The notes: generated by a model from the sequence alone, not told the origin. A DNA stretch of 52,123 bases from Coleofasciculus chthonoplastes F2-STO-03 (GCA_040222015.1 JAVJWO010000016.1:1-52123), one strand, 5' to 3'. Shown: positions 1 to 9,373, counted from the first letter of the stretch. Translations and numbers: made by a program.

Positions 1-11
1 ATCCAATTAAG

Positions 12-236
12 TAAAGTTTGCCTCGACAATGTTAGACGGGCTTTTTAAGGATTCAGCACTACAGCTATAAACCTGTTCACTGATTGCTTAACTGAATCCG
101 ATAGAGCATGATGCTGGCGTTCACATCAAGGTGTCATGACCAGTCTAACGTAGACTGCGGTGAGTCTTGGTCTGCACGTTCCGACTATGTACAGATATGC
201 CTAGATCTGCATAGTTCTGTATAGGTTTTTCGGAAC
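12..236 (-). ncRNA. HEARO / IscB-type omegaRNA scaffold (5' end of an IscB-family OMEGA element; ORF lies beyond the left edge)
   Basis: The minus strand reads GTTCCGA...TCGGAAC (stem), CAGACCAAG, CTACGTT, ATGACACC...GCCAGC...GCTCT, GTTAAGCA/AACAG, AGTGC, AAAAGCC, AACATTGTCGAGGCAAACTTTAC. This is the block order typical of HEARO/IscB omegaRNAs. Confidence 0.8.
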
Positions 237-443
237 GGCTTCTGTCAACACTTCTCCCCCTTGCTCACTGGAGATTTTATAACTTCTCCAGTAATAATCT
301 AATCGGGATTGAGTGACACTGTGCTTAAACGTCATTCCATTTTTCTCAACAAGTTTACCATTCACCCACTCCATCCGATCAGGAGGATTTTGCATATAGT
401 CTTCCAAGGAGAAAACTTGTTGTCCAACAGGATTAGTCACCAT
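237..443 (-). pseudogene. Uma2-family (PDDEXK) endonuclease, 5' part, interrupted after codon 69 by the IscB-type element
   Basis: SLEDY..NPPDRMEWVNGKLVEK..MTFKH..Q is the Uma2 N-terminus. Similarity stops at ...VLTEA (GCC, ending at 237), exactly where the omegaRNA stem begins. Confidence 0.75.
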
Positions 444-492
444 ATCTGCTTACCTTCCTTGTGCAACAATTACAATTGACAGATAACTTAAT

Positions 493-717
493 CTAGGAGC
501 GATTTTCTGTCGCTTCAACCAGTTCCGCCATAGAACAATTCAACATCTCGATCAAGCGCTGAACCTGAGCCACCGTCAAGCGAGGTGGATTTGAACTCGT
601 CTCCCACACATAGATTGTTTTTTCCGTCACTCCCAACTCCATCGCCACTTGTCGGCGAGTTAAGCCAGCACGGTTTCGCAATTCCATCAAAGTTACTTGA
701 TTACTTGCTTCAGTCAT
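493..717 (-). CDS. XRE-family helix-turn-helix transcriptional regulator (~74 aa)
   Basis: LMELRNRAGLTRRQVAMELGVTEKTIYVWET matches HTH_3. ATG at 717 preferred over the upstream ORF-track start. Confidence 0.85.
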   Translation of the reverse strand: MTEASNQVTLMELRNRAGLTRRQVAMELGVTEKTIYVWETSSNPPRLTVAQVQRLIEMLNCSMAELVEATENRS

Positions 718-722
718 TCTAT

Positions 723-893
723 ACTGAACGGTAATTACTATATGGTATAGACTAAACGGTAAAAACAAGAGATACACTAAAGAGCAGACGACTCGGAAAG
801 CAATTGCCCCTAGACCTTCTGAGTTACCCGTTCTTTCCTCAGTGTCTCACCTTGTTCACCCGTTATTGTCAATTACGACAGTAAGTCTATACC
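723..893. promoter_or_regulatory. Candidate operator repeats between the XRE gene and the divergent gene
   Basis: Direct repeat ACTnAACGGTAA at 723-734 and 751-762. Inverted 10-mer GGTATAGACT (744-753) / AGTCTATACC (884-893). Confidence 0.4.
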
Positions 894-897
894 GCAT

Positions 898-960
898 CAG
901 AAGCCAGCGCCTCGACCGACCAAGTTTCCGCGCTGGCTCTGACTCCCTCATACAAAGGAG
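898..960 (+). promoter_or_regulatory. Structured 5' leader: GC-rich hairpin plus an SD-sequestering hairpin
   Basis: AGCCAGCGC (902-910) pairs with GCGCTGGCT (930-938). CTCC (943-946) can pair with the SD GGAG (957-960) before the ATG at 972. Confidence 0.45.
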
Positions 961-971
961 ATGAATCTATT

Positions 972-1421
972 ATGAAACATACTGACTGGCTGCGACTCCA
1001 CCGAGAAGGAGAAAGCATTTGCGCCATTGCCAGAGAACAGGGGTATCTGTGCTACAAACAAGCCCATCGCCTATCTTGGAAACTGCACAAACCGGGTCAG
1101 ATCATGTTCTATCTGTTAACCTGGCTCCCTGCGCCTATAAATGAATGGAATTTGTTACCAAACGATACCAACCCCGAAAGAACCCAGCTTTACCGGATTA
1201 TCCAGCAAACCCTAACTAAGCGGCGAACCGAGGAGACGAAACGACAGACTCAAGCCTATAGCTATCCTTGGACAATTGTACGGTTACTTCCCGATGCTCG
1301 TCGCTACACCGTCGCTCGGTTCTACAATCGACAGGATGCTTGGGATCATTTGAGGCTGTTAAATCGATTTATACCTGCGGCGGAATTTGAAGTGGTTTTC
1401 GATGTACCTGACGAAAACTAA
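972..1421 (+). CDS. Hypothetical protein with a cyanobacterial C-terminal PW.IVRLLP...VARF..R.DA..HL domain
   Basis: ORF with a good SD. The C-terminal motif resembles a widespread small cyanobacterial hypothetical family. Confidence 0.7.
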   Translation: MKHTDWLRLHREGESICAIAREQGYLCYKQAHRLSWKLHKPGQIMFYLLTWLPAPINEWNLLPNDTNPERTQLYRIIQQTLTKRRTEETKRQTQAYSYPWTIVRLLPDARRYTVARFYNRQDAWDHLRLLNRFIPAAEFEVVFDVPDEN

Positions 1422-1487
1422 CTGATAAATACTCCTGTTACCGTTTTAGGTAAGGTGGGCAAGAATTTCCTAGCTTGAAAAATTACT

Positions 1488-1515
1488 GTAGAGACGTAGC
1501 ATGCTACGTCTCTAC
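1488..1515. repeat. REP-like perfect 28-bp palindrome GTAGAGACGTAGCATGCTACGTCTCTAC
   Basis: Perfect palindrome between convergent genes. Related copies at 36584-36614, 38166-38196 and 43713-43739. Confidence 0.85.
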
Positions 1516-1520
1516 TAGCA

Positions 1521-4289
1521 TTAAATAATCCCTGATCCTAGAGCCTTGCGCTTCAATACCACAACCCGAGAACGCGCTCCTTTATCTAAGGTGAAATCTA
1601 AACCTGCTCGAAAGATTTCTGGCATATAATATCGCGGCGTATCATCTTTAGCTCGGTCTTCATAAACCACTCCGATTTCTTCCAGCATACTTAATGTTGA
1701 TGGTTCGATATCAAAATTCTCTAAGGTAAAGGGAACTCGCATTTCTTTTAAATCTTTAGACGAGAGAGTATCAACCCATGTTCTAAAGGCGGGATATTCC
1801 TCTTTGGCTTCTTTCACCTTCTTCTTACTACAGGGTTCTAAAGCACGACGAATCGCTTGGGGGGGTAAGAGACGGCTGGTAGACCACTTTTCAAATTGAA
1901 CGTTTTTGGCATTTTCTATGGTTTCATCAGCAGCATGATATAAGAAGCGCACAATATCTCTAGCTTGTAGCCTTCCCTTAAAATCAGTCAGAGCAGCAAA
2001 TACCCAATTCGGTGTATAAGCTTCTTTTGACTTATCAGAACCCAGCTTTTTGCCCCATAAATTTTCCAGTTTTTCAATGAGATGTTCGCGAGTCATGCTA
2101 TCTAGTTCTGATTCATCGGCATCGATGACTTGCGCTTGACTGCAAACCCAAAAAACTAGATTCATAAAAGAATCAGCATCCCAATATAAATCATAAGACC
2201 CGTAGAGATTTTCAAATTGAGATAAATTCTGGGTGATGGCGTAACGGACAAAATCACGCCGGATAAAAATAATTAAGCCTAAGTTATTTTTTCTAATTTC
2301 TGATAACCGGGCTGGTAGACGAATCAGAGACTCAATCGCGGCTTGCTGGATTGAACTAGAAGATGCGTCAGAAAAAATATCTTCTAGTCCATCAAATAAA
2401 AAGATTACCCGCAATGATTTCTGCTTCAGGGCATTGTTAACATCATTAAAACTCCAATAGTCCTTTGTTTCTGGATCAAGACCGACAATTCTGGCAATCT
2501 CTTTAATCCAAAATTGTGTCCATTCCTGCTTACCCCAGTTTGGGTTGGCAAGTGCTGATTCAATCTTATCGTTATATTCTGACTGAGAAAACTCTGAAAA
2601 ACTATTACCTGAAGCAGATATCACTTCATTTCTTGCCTCTTGAATAATTTTAATGGCATTATCTCGAAGATTCAGTGATTGCAGCATAGGAAATATATAA
2701 GTTTTCTCCGCTGACTCATTTGTTTCACCCAAAACCCGCTGAATAAAGTTCTCCCAATATTTTAAACGGGACAACTGAATATAGTTAAACGTTTTACCTG
2801 AACCTTTGGAGCCAATTGAAACGACACGCGGTAACTCATCCCGAAAAGTCGTGGCTAAGTTTTTCAACGGTTCAGTGACTAACAAGTCCTCTCCCTGTCC
2901 ACTTTCAGCATATTCATACTGTTGACACACATCTCGGAGACGACGCACTGCTGCCAAGGGATCAGAGTTCTGAGTTGTTGGTAAATCTGAGCGCTGTTCT
3001 TTCGGTTTGATTAACTGACTCTCTGCCCACTCCTGAGCCACTTTCATGACTGAAGTAGGGCTAAGTTTTGAACGAGCATCCTCCCAATTATTCAAATAAA
3101 GTAATTCCTGGGTAAAATCAGTTTCCTTGATGTTTAAACGAGTTTGATAAATATCACCTTGAGACTGAACATAAGCCGCCTGAAATATAGATAAAGCTTC
3201 GTCAAAAGCAGGAAGTGATTTAAGTTCGGGTGTGAGCAGAGTAATCAATACTAGAGGATCATAGTAGTTTTCCTCTTCAACATCTGTCTCCGGAGGAGCG
3301 GTGTGACTTAACTGCTGCAAGACCAAACTCGAACCATTGACGGATTGGTCATTAATTGTGGTTACGATAAACCGTTGGATTCTCGGATCAAAAATAATCG
3401 GACTCGATATTTCACTTAAACCAGAACGCAGGTCAATGAGTACATAATCCGCATTGACAGCATGACCTAATTGAGATAAAGCATTCCCAAATTCCCAGGC
3501 TCCATCAATAGTTCTGACTAAATGTTCGGGTAGAATCGGTGTATCGAGTAATTCGCGATCATCTAGACAAGCCGGAAGAAAGTAAATTGTCGATTTTCCG
3601 TCCCGTTTAGGAGATTTTTTTAGCTCTTTCGCAAAAAAGGAAAGCACGGGTTCTGGTTCCAGAGATGAAGCATGGTAAGCTTCCAGAAAATTAATGAAAG
3701 AAACAGTCGGTTGTTGTTTTTCGGAGCGATTCCAGTAAGTTAGACCGGGTGCTTCTAAATCAGCATCGACGACTAAGAATGTTTTGGCTTGATTGAGTTC
3801 TCTGGCTCGCTCAAGTAAAGCAAAAAGATGGGCGGCTAAGTGCAGGGTTCTGCCTACCCCTCCTTTGAAAGAATAAAAGGCAACTAATTGGGGGCTGGTA
3901 CTGGGATAGGCTTCTGGGATATGAAAATTTTTTGGAACTTCAGTCTCTGGCTCACCATTATTTTGCAAGTAAGCTACTTCTTCCCAGAAGGGACGAATCG
4001 GACTATCGGTATCGTCGCTTTCTTCCTCGTGAATAAACTCTACAGGTAAAATTTCCTCACCCAAGTCCAGTTGAATGAAATTATCCTCTTTTTGATACCA
4101 ATCTCCAAACCATTCTTTGAGAGCTTGCTTTGCCTGATCTCGATAGTCCTCAGACAATATGCCAATTTCTATGGCATCAGAAAAACTATTAATTCTGACG
4201 ATTCCCTCTGGCAGTTTGGTTCCATAGTTTGTTTCTCGACGAATAACTCGTCGAACATCCAACCACGTCAAGAGTCTCATCGCTTTCAT
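1521..4289 (-). CDS. 922-aa dual-NTPase: ParA/MinD-like domain with a KGGVGR variant Walker A, plus a C-terminal P-loop ATPase
   Basis: Domain 1: FYSFKGGVGRT, VVDADLEAPG, VLIDLRSG. Domain 2: GSKGSGKT Walker A, IFLFDGLED Walker B, IFIRRD. Confidence 0.8.
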   Translation of the reverse strand: MKAMRLLTWLDVRRVIRRETNYGTKLPEGIVRINSFSDAIEIGILSEDYRDQAKQALKEWFGDWYQKEDNFIQLDLGEEILPVEFIHEEESDDTDSPIRPFWEEVAYLQNNGEPETEVPKNFHIPEAYPSTSPQLVAFYSFKGGVGRTLHLAAHLFALLERARELNQAKTFLVVDADLEAPGLTYWNRSEKQQPTVSFINFLEAYHASSLEPEPVLSFFAKELKKSPKRDGKSTIYFLPACLDDRELLDTPILPEHLVRTIDGAWEFGNALSQLGHAVNADYVLIDLRSGLSEISSPIIFDPRIQRFIVTTINDQSVNGSSLVLQQLSHTAPPETDVEEENYYDPLVLITLLTPELKSLPAFDEALSIFQAAYVQSQGDIYQTRLNIKETDFTQELLYLNNWEDARSKLSPTSVMKVAQEWAESQLIKPKEQRSDLPTTQNSDPLAAVRRLRDVCQQYEYAESGQGEDLLVTEPLKNLATTFRDELPRVVSIGSKGSGKTFNYIQLSRLKYWENFIQRVLGETNESAEKTYIFPMLQSLNLRDNAIKIIQEARNEVISASGNSFSEFSQSEYNDKIESALANPNWGKQEWTQFWIKEIARIVGLDPETKDYWSFNDVNNALKQKSLRVIFLFDGLEDIFSDASSSSIQQAAIESLIRLPARLSEIRKNNLGLIIFIRRDFVRYAITQNLSQFENLYGSYDLYWDADSFMNLVFWVCSQAQVIDADESELDSMTREHLIEKLENLWGKKLGSDKSKEAYTPNWVFAALTDFKGRLQARDIVRFLYHAADETIENAKNVQFEKWSTSRLLPPQAIRRALEPCSKKKVKEAKEEYPAFRTWVDTLSSKDLKEMRVPFTLENFDIEPSTLSMLEEIGVVYEDRAKDDTPRYYMPEIFRAGLDFTLDKGARSRVVVLKRKALGSGII

Positions 4290-4747
4290 GTATTTCTTAA
4301 TTCTCCTTTAATCCACTCAGCTATCTGAAACAGCATTGACTCTAAATCTTTATCTTGGATTTGAGCATTTTTTTCAAAACTGTGACCATATCTCCAGAGT
4401 TGGTTAATTTGATCGGGAGTCAAGTTTCTTTGTTGAGGAGAACCTTGAATTTTAATATCTTTTAGCCGAATGTGAGCAGGTAGCCTCAAACTACCCTTGA
4501 CTCCCAAAGTATCTAGTAACCGATTGATGTCATGCCCAAATTCAGCAATACTGGCATCAGTACAGTCTCTCTGGCGTCGGCGCATCAGAATTGCCTTGAG
4601 TCCACACTCAACCGCGTAAAACAATAGCAGACGATGAGGATTGGTTCTGGGGGTTTTGCTGGACGAAGCCGATAGGTTTTCTCGCCAAGCTTTTTCTATT
4701 TCTCTTCGCGTGAATGGGATCACGTTACCCTTTAACGCTACAGTCAA
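4286..4747 (-). CDS. HEPN-like domain protein
   Basis: LLLFYAVECGLKA, FGHDINRLL and WRYG match the E..LKA / HD..L / RY pattern of HEPN domains. Its stop overlaps the next start (ATGA). Confidence 0.65.
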   Translation of the reverse strand: MTVALKGNVIPFTRREIEKAWRENLSASSSKTPRTNPHRLLLFYAVECGLKAILMRRRQRDCTDASIAEFGHDINRLLDTLGVKGSLRLPAHIRLKDIKIQGSPQQRNLTPDQINQLWRYGHSFEKNAQIQDKDLESMLFQIAEWIKGELRNT

Positions 4748-4902
4748 TCACTCCAATTTTAGTCTAGTTTAGTGTGGTGTGATAAACATGCAGCAGTTTT
4801 TTGTTAAAGAGGTAAGTAGTCGGACAATACCCAACTAGACTAGCGTTGGGGCAAAACCTTGCTACCCAATTAACGATGACCTATGAACTATGAACCCTAA
4901 AT

Positions 4903-6351
4903 TCAAATCGGAATTTTAATCACAAACTCTGTTCCTTGACCCGGTGTGGAATTACAGGTAAACGTTCCGCCATGTTTTTCAACAATGATTTGATGGCTAA
5001 TTGACAATCCTAAACCCGTACCTTTCCCCGGAGGTTTAGTGGTAAAAAAAGGCTCAAAGATTCGCTGTTTCAGTTCGTCATTTATTCCGGGTCCGTTATC
5101 TTTAATGCGAATAACCGCACGCGCCCCAGAATATTTACCATTATCAATTAATTCTGTGCGAATCCAGATGGATGGCGTTATAGTTTGCTCACTGTCCCCA
5201 TTAGCGGGTTGAGAACGCATATCTTTTAGGGCATCAATTGCATTGCACAGCACATTCATAAATACCTGATTTAACCCACAAGAATAACAAGTGACTAAAG
5301 GCAGTTTGCTATAATCCTTGAACACTTTAATTTCTGGCTTGTTTCCTTTGGATTTTAAACGATAGTAGAGCATGACTAGGGTGCTATCTAGCCCTTGGTG
5401 AATATCTATCGATTGCTCTTCGTTTCCTCCCGATAGAGTTTTGAGGGAATAAACAAGTTGGCGCAGACGTTCAGCCCCCATTTGCATAGATGACAGGGTT
5501 TTTGGAAAATCTTTGAGGAGAAAATCTAGATCAATTTCTTCGGCTTCCTGTTGAATTTCCGGCGCAGGTTGGGGGTTATATTTGTGGTAGAGTTGGAGTA
5601 ACTTTAATAAGTCTGTGGTATATTGTTGAGCATGGGGAAAATTGTTACATAAGAAATTAACCGGATTATTAATTTCGTGGGCAACTCCAGCTAACAATTT
5701 GCCTAAGGTAGAAAGATGTTCTTTTTCGATCAACTGCTGTTGCGTCTGGCGCAGTTGATTTAATGTCTCCTCCAGTTGTTCGGCTTGGGCTTTGTATTTT
5801 GCTTGGGATCGCCGCAAGGATTCTTCGGTAACTTTGCGCTGGGTAATATCTGTGACGAACCCTTCATAATAGAGTAATTTCCCTTCCTGATCGCGCACCG
5901 CCCTAGCATTCTCACAAATCCAGATGATCTGCCCATCTTTTCGATACACCTGGGATTCAAAGTCTGTGACTGAATCGTGCGATCGCAGTTTCTCAATAAA
6001 GTCCCGGCGTCGATTCGGATTGACATAGAGTTGTTGTCCAATATCGGTTAAAGTTTCCAATAGTTCCGCTGGGGATGCATAACCATAAATCTTTACCAGC
6101 GCTGGATTGCAGTCGATAAAATGCCCGTCTGGAGTTGTTTGAAAGATGCCCTCGACGGCCCCCTCAAACATACTACGATACTTCTTTAGGGCTAACTCCA
6201 TATCTTGACGTTCTGGAATTTGATCCGCTAATTCCTCATTCAACGCTTGTAACTGCCGAGTTTGCTTAGCCAAAGTAGCAGAAAAGGGTTTGTCTGACTC
6301 CGACCAATCAGGTGGACTGTTCAGTAAACGGTCGCTGCTGGGAAGTAACAT
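4903..6351 (-). CDS. PAS/PAC sensor histidine kinase
   Basis: PAS (GIFQTTPDG...DITQRK), H-box GVAHEINNP, N-box NAIDA, DNGPG and GKGTGLGL. Confidence 0.92.
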   Translation of the reverse strand: MLLPSSDRLLNSPPDWSESDKPFSATLAKQTRQLQALNEELADQIPERQDMELALKKYRSMFEGAVEGIFQTTPDGHFIDCNPALVKIYGYASPAELLETLTDIGQQLYVNPNRRRDFIEKLRSHDSVTDFESQVYRKDGQIIWICENARAVRDQEGKLLYYEGFVTDITQRKVTEESLRRSQAKYKAQAEQLEETLNQLRQTQQQLIEKEHLSTLGKLLAGVAHEINNPVNFLCNNFPHAQQYTTDLLKLLQLYHKYNPQPAPEIQQEAEEIDLDFLLKDFPKTLSSMQMGAERLRQLVYSLKTLSGGNEEQSIDIHQGLDSTLVMLYYRLKSKGNKPEIKVFKDYSKLPLVTCYSCGLNQVFMNVLCNAIDALKDMRSQPANGDSEQTITPSIWIRTELIDNGKYSGARAVIRIKDNGPGINDELKQRIFEPFFTTKPPGKGTGLGLSISHQIIVEKHGGTFTCNSTPGQGTEFVIKIPI

Positions 6352-6481
6352 GGGCGCGTTGCTAAGCTTATATGGGCATTAATACTAGCTTCTAGGATTC
6401 GGATCACGTTATCAGTGATATGTAGTCCGCAATACTGGTGATTTCAATCACTAAATTGAGTGAGATGAGTCACGTTAAGCG

Positions 6482-7438
6482 CTAATTCTCTTGACTGCCC
6501 TTGATTGTACGGACTGTTGCTAAAAATTGACTCAGGAACGGTAACCCGCCAATGGCAGGTAAAAAGTAACGCGAGGTACATAGCAATCCCAAGGCGGCGG
6601 CGGTTGCGGGGTCTAAATAGTCCTGATAAAACAAGACTAATGCGGCATCGCGTGTACCAACTCCGGCAAAGGTTAGAGGTAATAATCCGGCTAAAATGGC
6701 GAGGGGAGACAAGGCTAGATTGACGAGAAATGGAGTCGTCGCCTTCAGCGCTAGGATAAAAAACCAAATTTGCAATAAGTGTAAAAACCAAATAAAAATC
6801 GACGTTCCGGTAATTTTGAAAAGCTGACGTTGATCGCGCCAAAAATAGTCATGCATATCGCCCCAAGAGCCTTGCATTGTTTCTAATTTGGAACGCATTT
6901 TTTTTGGGGCAATCTTGCGAGCCACGATAAAGAAAAAATAAGCAAATTTGCGAGACGCTAAGAGACAAATTCCCAAGATTAAACCCACGCCCACCGCCAT
7001 CGTCATCAGCCAAAATAGCCAATCTTTCGGTTCATAGAGTAATAAACCAAAAACACACCACAACAGCAGGGATAACAGATCACAAGCTTTTTCAAAAATC
7101 ACCAGTGATAACGAAAGAGTCCCACTTAAATGACCGCGCTGTTTCATGAAATAAGCTTTGGCAATATCCCCCATTTTAGATGGCAGCACCATATTTAAGA
7201 CACTTGCCGCTAAGATTAACCGATTTGCCTCAAAAAAGCCCAAGCGAGATCCACTGGGCATGAGTTGTTGCAACCGCCAAGAGGTGAATAACGTCAGGGG
7301 AACAACCATTCCCAAGCTGACAGGCATCCAGACGCGATCGCTATTTTGAAAAACGGCAACGAGTTCGGGAAAATCGATTTTTGAGTAAATCACTGCCAGG
7401 ATAATTAGGCTGACGGCGATTGAAATTAGTCGTTTCAT
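6482..7438 (-). CDS. Lysylphosphatidylglycerol-synthase-TM / flippase-like membrane protein
   Basis: Multi-TM protein with RLQQL, N.VLPSKMGD, EK..D and LPLTFAGVGTRD motifs. Confidence 0.8.
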   Translation of the reverse strand: MKRLISIAVSLIILAVIYSKIDFPELVAVFQNSDRVWMPVSLGMVVPLTLFTSWRLQQLMPSGSRLGFFEANRLILAASVLNMVLPSKMGDIAKAYFMKQRGHLSGTLSLSLVIFEKACDLLSLLLWCVFGLLLYEPKDWLFWLMTMAVGVGLILGICLLASRKFAYFFFIVARKIAPKKMRSKLETMQGSWGDMHDYFWRDQRQLFKITGTSIFIWFLHLLQIWFFILALKATTPFLVNLALSPLAILAGLLPLTFAGVGTRDAALVLFYQDYLDPATAAALGLLCTSRYFLPAIGGLPFLSQFLATVRTIKGSQEN

Positions 7439-7445
7439 AAATTAA

Positions 7446-7483
7446 TCATTAGTCATTAGTCATTAGTCATTTGTCATTAGTCA
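7446..7483. repeat. Heptamer STRR tract (TCATTAG/TCATTTG)n
   Basis: About 5 tandem copies. Similar tracts near 9112, 14674, 16789, 40435, 41635, 42781 and 44909. Confidence 0.85.
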
Positions 7484-7517
7484 CCGAACAGTGAACTTAG
7501 ACTCATGATTCCTACTT

Positions 7518-9116
7518 TTAAAATTTTCGATCTAATCGTAGCCATTCATAAGCATCTAGTTTCTTCACCTGATTTGTTAAATCTAACCAGGGCTGTAATT
7601 GTCCCCGTTGAAACGTGCGACTCATCACCACATAAATCGAAGTTTGATCGCCACCAATTCCGGCAGCGACTACCTCTTTCCAGGACTGAGCTTGCAATTC
7701 ATCGGTGATATGCCACTGTCCATTTTTCCACTCGATCAAGCGACGGAAGTGGAACGGAGCGTTTTGCTTGCCTGTAATTAGCATTTTTTGTAAGAGTTTG
7801 CGGATTAAGTTGGGGAAAAAGCGACCCACTGTGAGCATGACGACTCGCAAGATTAGTAAATTTGTGGGGGTCATTTGTTTCTGTTTTGCCCACCCCAACT
7901 CTCCTTCAATCATAATTTCATTTTCCTCAACTTTGACTTGATAGGTATCAACTAAATGACCTACAGCATTTTTTATCTTTTTACCCGTTACAATTTGCAA
8001 TGAGAATTGAGTGTCAGAGGCGACTAAACGCTTGTCCTGAAACAGTTTAAATACTCCCCCTTTGTTTAACGCTAAATACAGTTCTGTATTTTGGCGACGG
8101 TCAATTAAAACTTGTGCTTCCTTAAACCAAACTCGACCGGGAGAACGGGGAGTGGGTTCAGGTCGGGTTGACACAAAATCGCGCCATGTGAGTAAATAGT
8201 TCCAGGTATGGTGACCAATAATGTGATCGTCAGCATAGCAAGGAGCCAATCCATTTGCCAGTCCCACCAGGACGCGATCGTTAATTTCTAGGGCTTGGGG
8301 ATACCATTGTCCCACCAGTTCAAAACCATGGGGAAAGAAATTGTACGTATTGCGACTGGTATATTCTCCCCCATAAGAGCCATCCGGATGCACAAATTCT
8401 GCGGCTAAATTAACTGCTTTGATTAATGCTTCTTTCAGCCGGGGATCAGGTCTGAGTTGATAAATCCGCGCTAAACACGAAATCGTTAACGTATGGTATC
8501 CGGGATCACAACCTTCGTACTCAATGAACCAACCTTCGGGATTTTGCCAAGATAATACTTGTTCTAAACGTTGTACTCTAGCTCTATCCCATTTGGTTAC
8601 TTGTAATAAATTAGACAGTAAGTCTAAACACAAAACAATTAACGCTTGGTGATTGGTAAGGCGTCCACTTTCTTGATGATGGGCTAGCCAATCGGCGCGT
8701 TTTTCAAAAAACTTTAAAGCAATTTGATTATTTAAGCATAATTCTTGATAACTGTCAATACAGGCAAGTAGGGAAAATGCAGCTGCGCCTCCAGCGCGTT
8801 CAAAAGGGAAATAATCATCGCAAGACCCATCAGGATGGGTGCTTTTAGCCGCATAAATAATCCCGGCTTCCACCCAATCTTGAATCGCTGGTTGTTGGTA
8901 GAAATGGTTATCGGATAACTGGGTATTATATGCTAATGCTAGAGGCAGAACAAACTCCTGCGCCATACCACTGGGGAAATCGATAATTTTATACTGCCAG
9001 AAGTTGCGGTCAAAACAGCCGTAGGTGGGACTGTGCGGGTTGCGGTCTAGCAGGGTAAGAAGTTTGGGTATTTGGGCAATGGCTTCGCGGGCAAACAGGT
9101 CTTTATTCATTGTCAT
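7518..9116 (-). CDS. Hypothetical protein, probable (alpha/alpha)-barrel plus beta domain (heparinase/lyase-like fold)
   Basis: Long ORF with helical repeats and HPDGS, TNHQ, QNPEGWFIEYEG.DPGY motifs. The fold assignment is inference. Confidence 0.6.
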   Translation of the reverse strand: MTMNKDLFAREAIAQIPKLLTLLDRNPHSPTYGCFDRNFWQYKIIDFPSGMAQEFVLPLALAYNTQLSDNHFYQQPAIQDWVEAGIIYAAKSTHPDGSCDDYFPFERAGGAAAFSLLACIDSYQELCLNNQIALKFFEKRADWLAHHQESGRLTNHQALIVLCLDLLSNLLQVTKWDRARVQRLEQVLSWQNPEGWFIEYEGCDPGYHTLTISCLARIYQLRPDPRLKEALIKAVNLAAEFVHPDGSYGGEYTSRNTYNFFPHGFELVGQWYPQALEINDRVLVGLANGLAPCYADDHIIGHHTWNYLLTWRDFVSTRPEPTPRSPGRVWFKEAQVLIDRRQNTELYLALNKGGVFKLFQDKRLVASDTQFSLQIVTGKKIKNAVGHLVDTYQVKVEENEIMIEGELGWAKQKQMTPTNLLILRVVMLTVGRFFPNLIRKLLQKMLITGKQNAPFHFRRLIEWKNGQWHITDELQAQSWKEVVAAGIGGDQTSIYVVMSRTFQRGQLQPWLDLTNQVKKLDAYEWLRLDRKF

Positions 9117-9373
9117 TTGTCATTTGGTTATTTGTTTGTTATAGTCGCTTTTCGAGAAACAAGCTACGTCTTTCGTCATCTTCTCTGTTTCCTCAAACTC
9201 ATATCTTGCACCTGTCTCAATAAGGCAATTTTATATAGGGTGGGCAAGAATGATAAACGTGGAAACGTTTCTATTATCGTTGGTTGCTCTTGCCCACCTC
9301 ACGGTAACTTGGGATTTATTATCCGTGCTGCAATATGTGAGTAAAAGCATTTTCCGCTGCCTTTGTTGATGAT

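Noticed and set aside
1521..4289. Chromosome-partitioning parA or minD
   Set aside because: The protein is 922 aa with a second ATPase and a K>R Walker A variant, with no parB or minCE nearby.
1521..4747. Lack of HIP1 sites as proof of horizontal transfer
   Set aside because: Similar or longer HIP1-free stretches appear elsewhere (about 7340-13820). A proper composition test is needed.
4814..4827. TAAGTAGTCGGACA, matching an inverted copy at about 22987-23000, as ends of one large transposon
   Set aside because: The 18 kb between them is ordinary chromosomal genes with no transposase. More likely separate MITE-end remnants.
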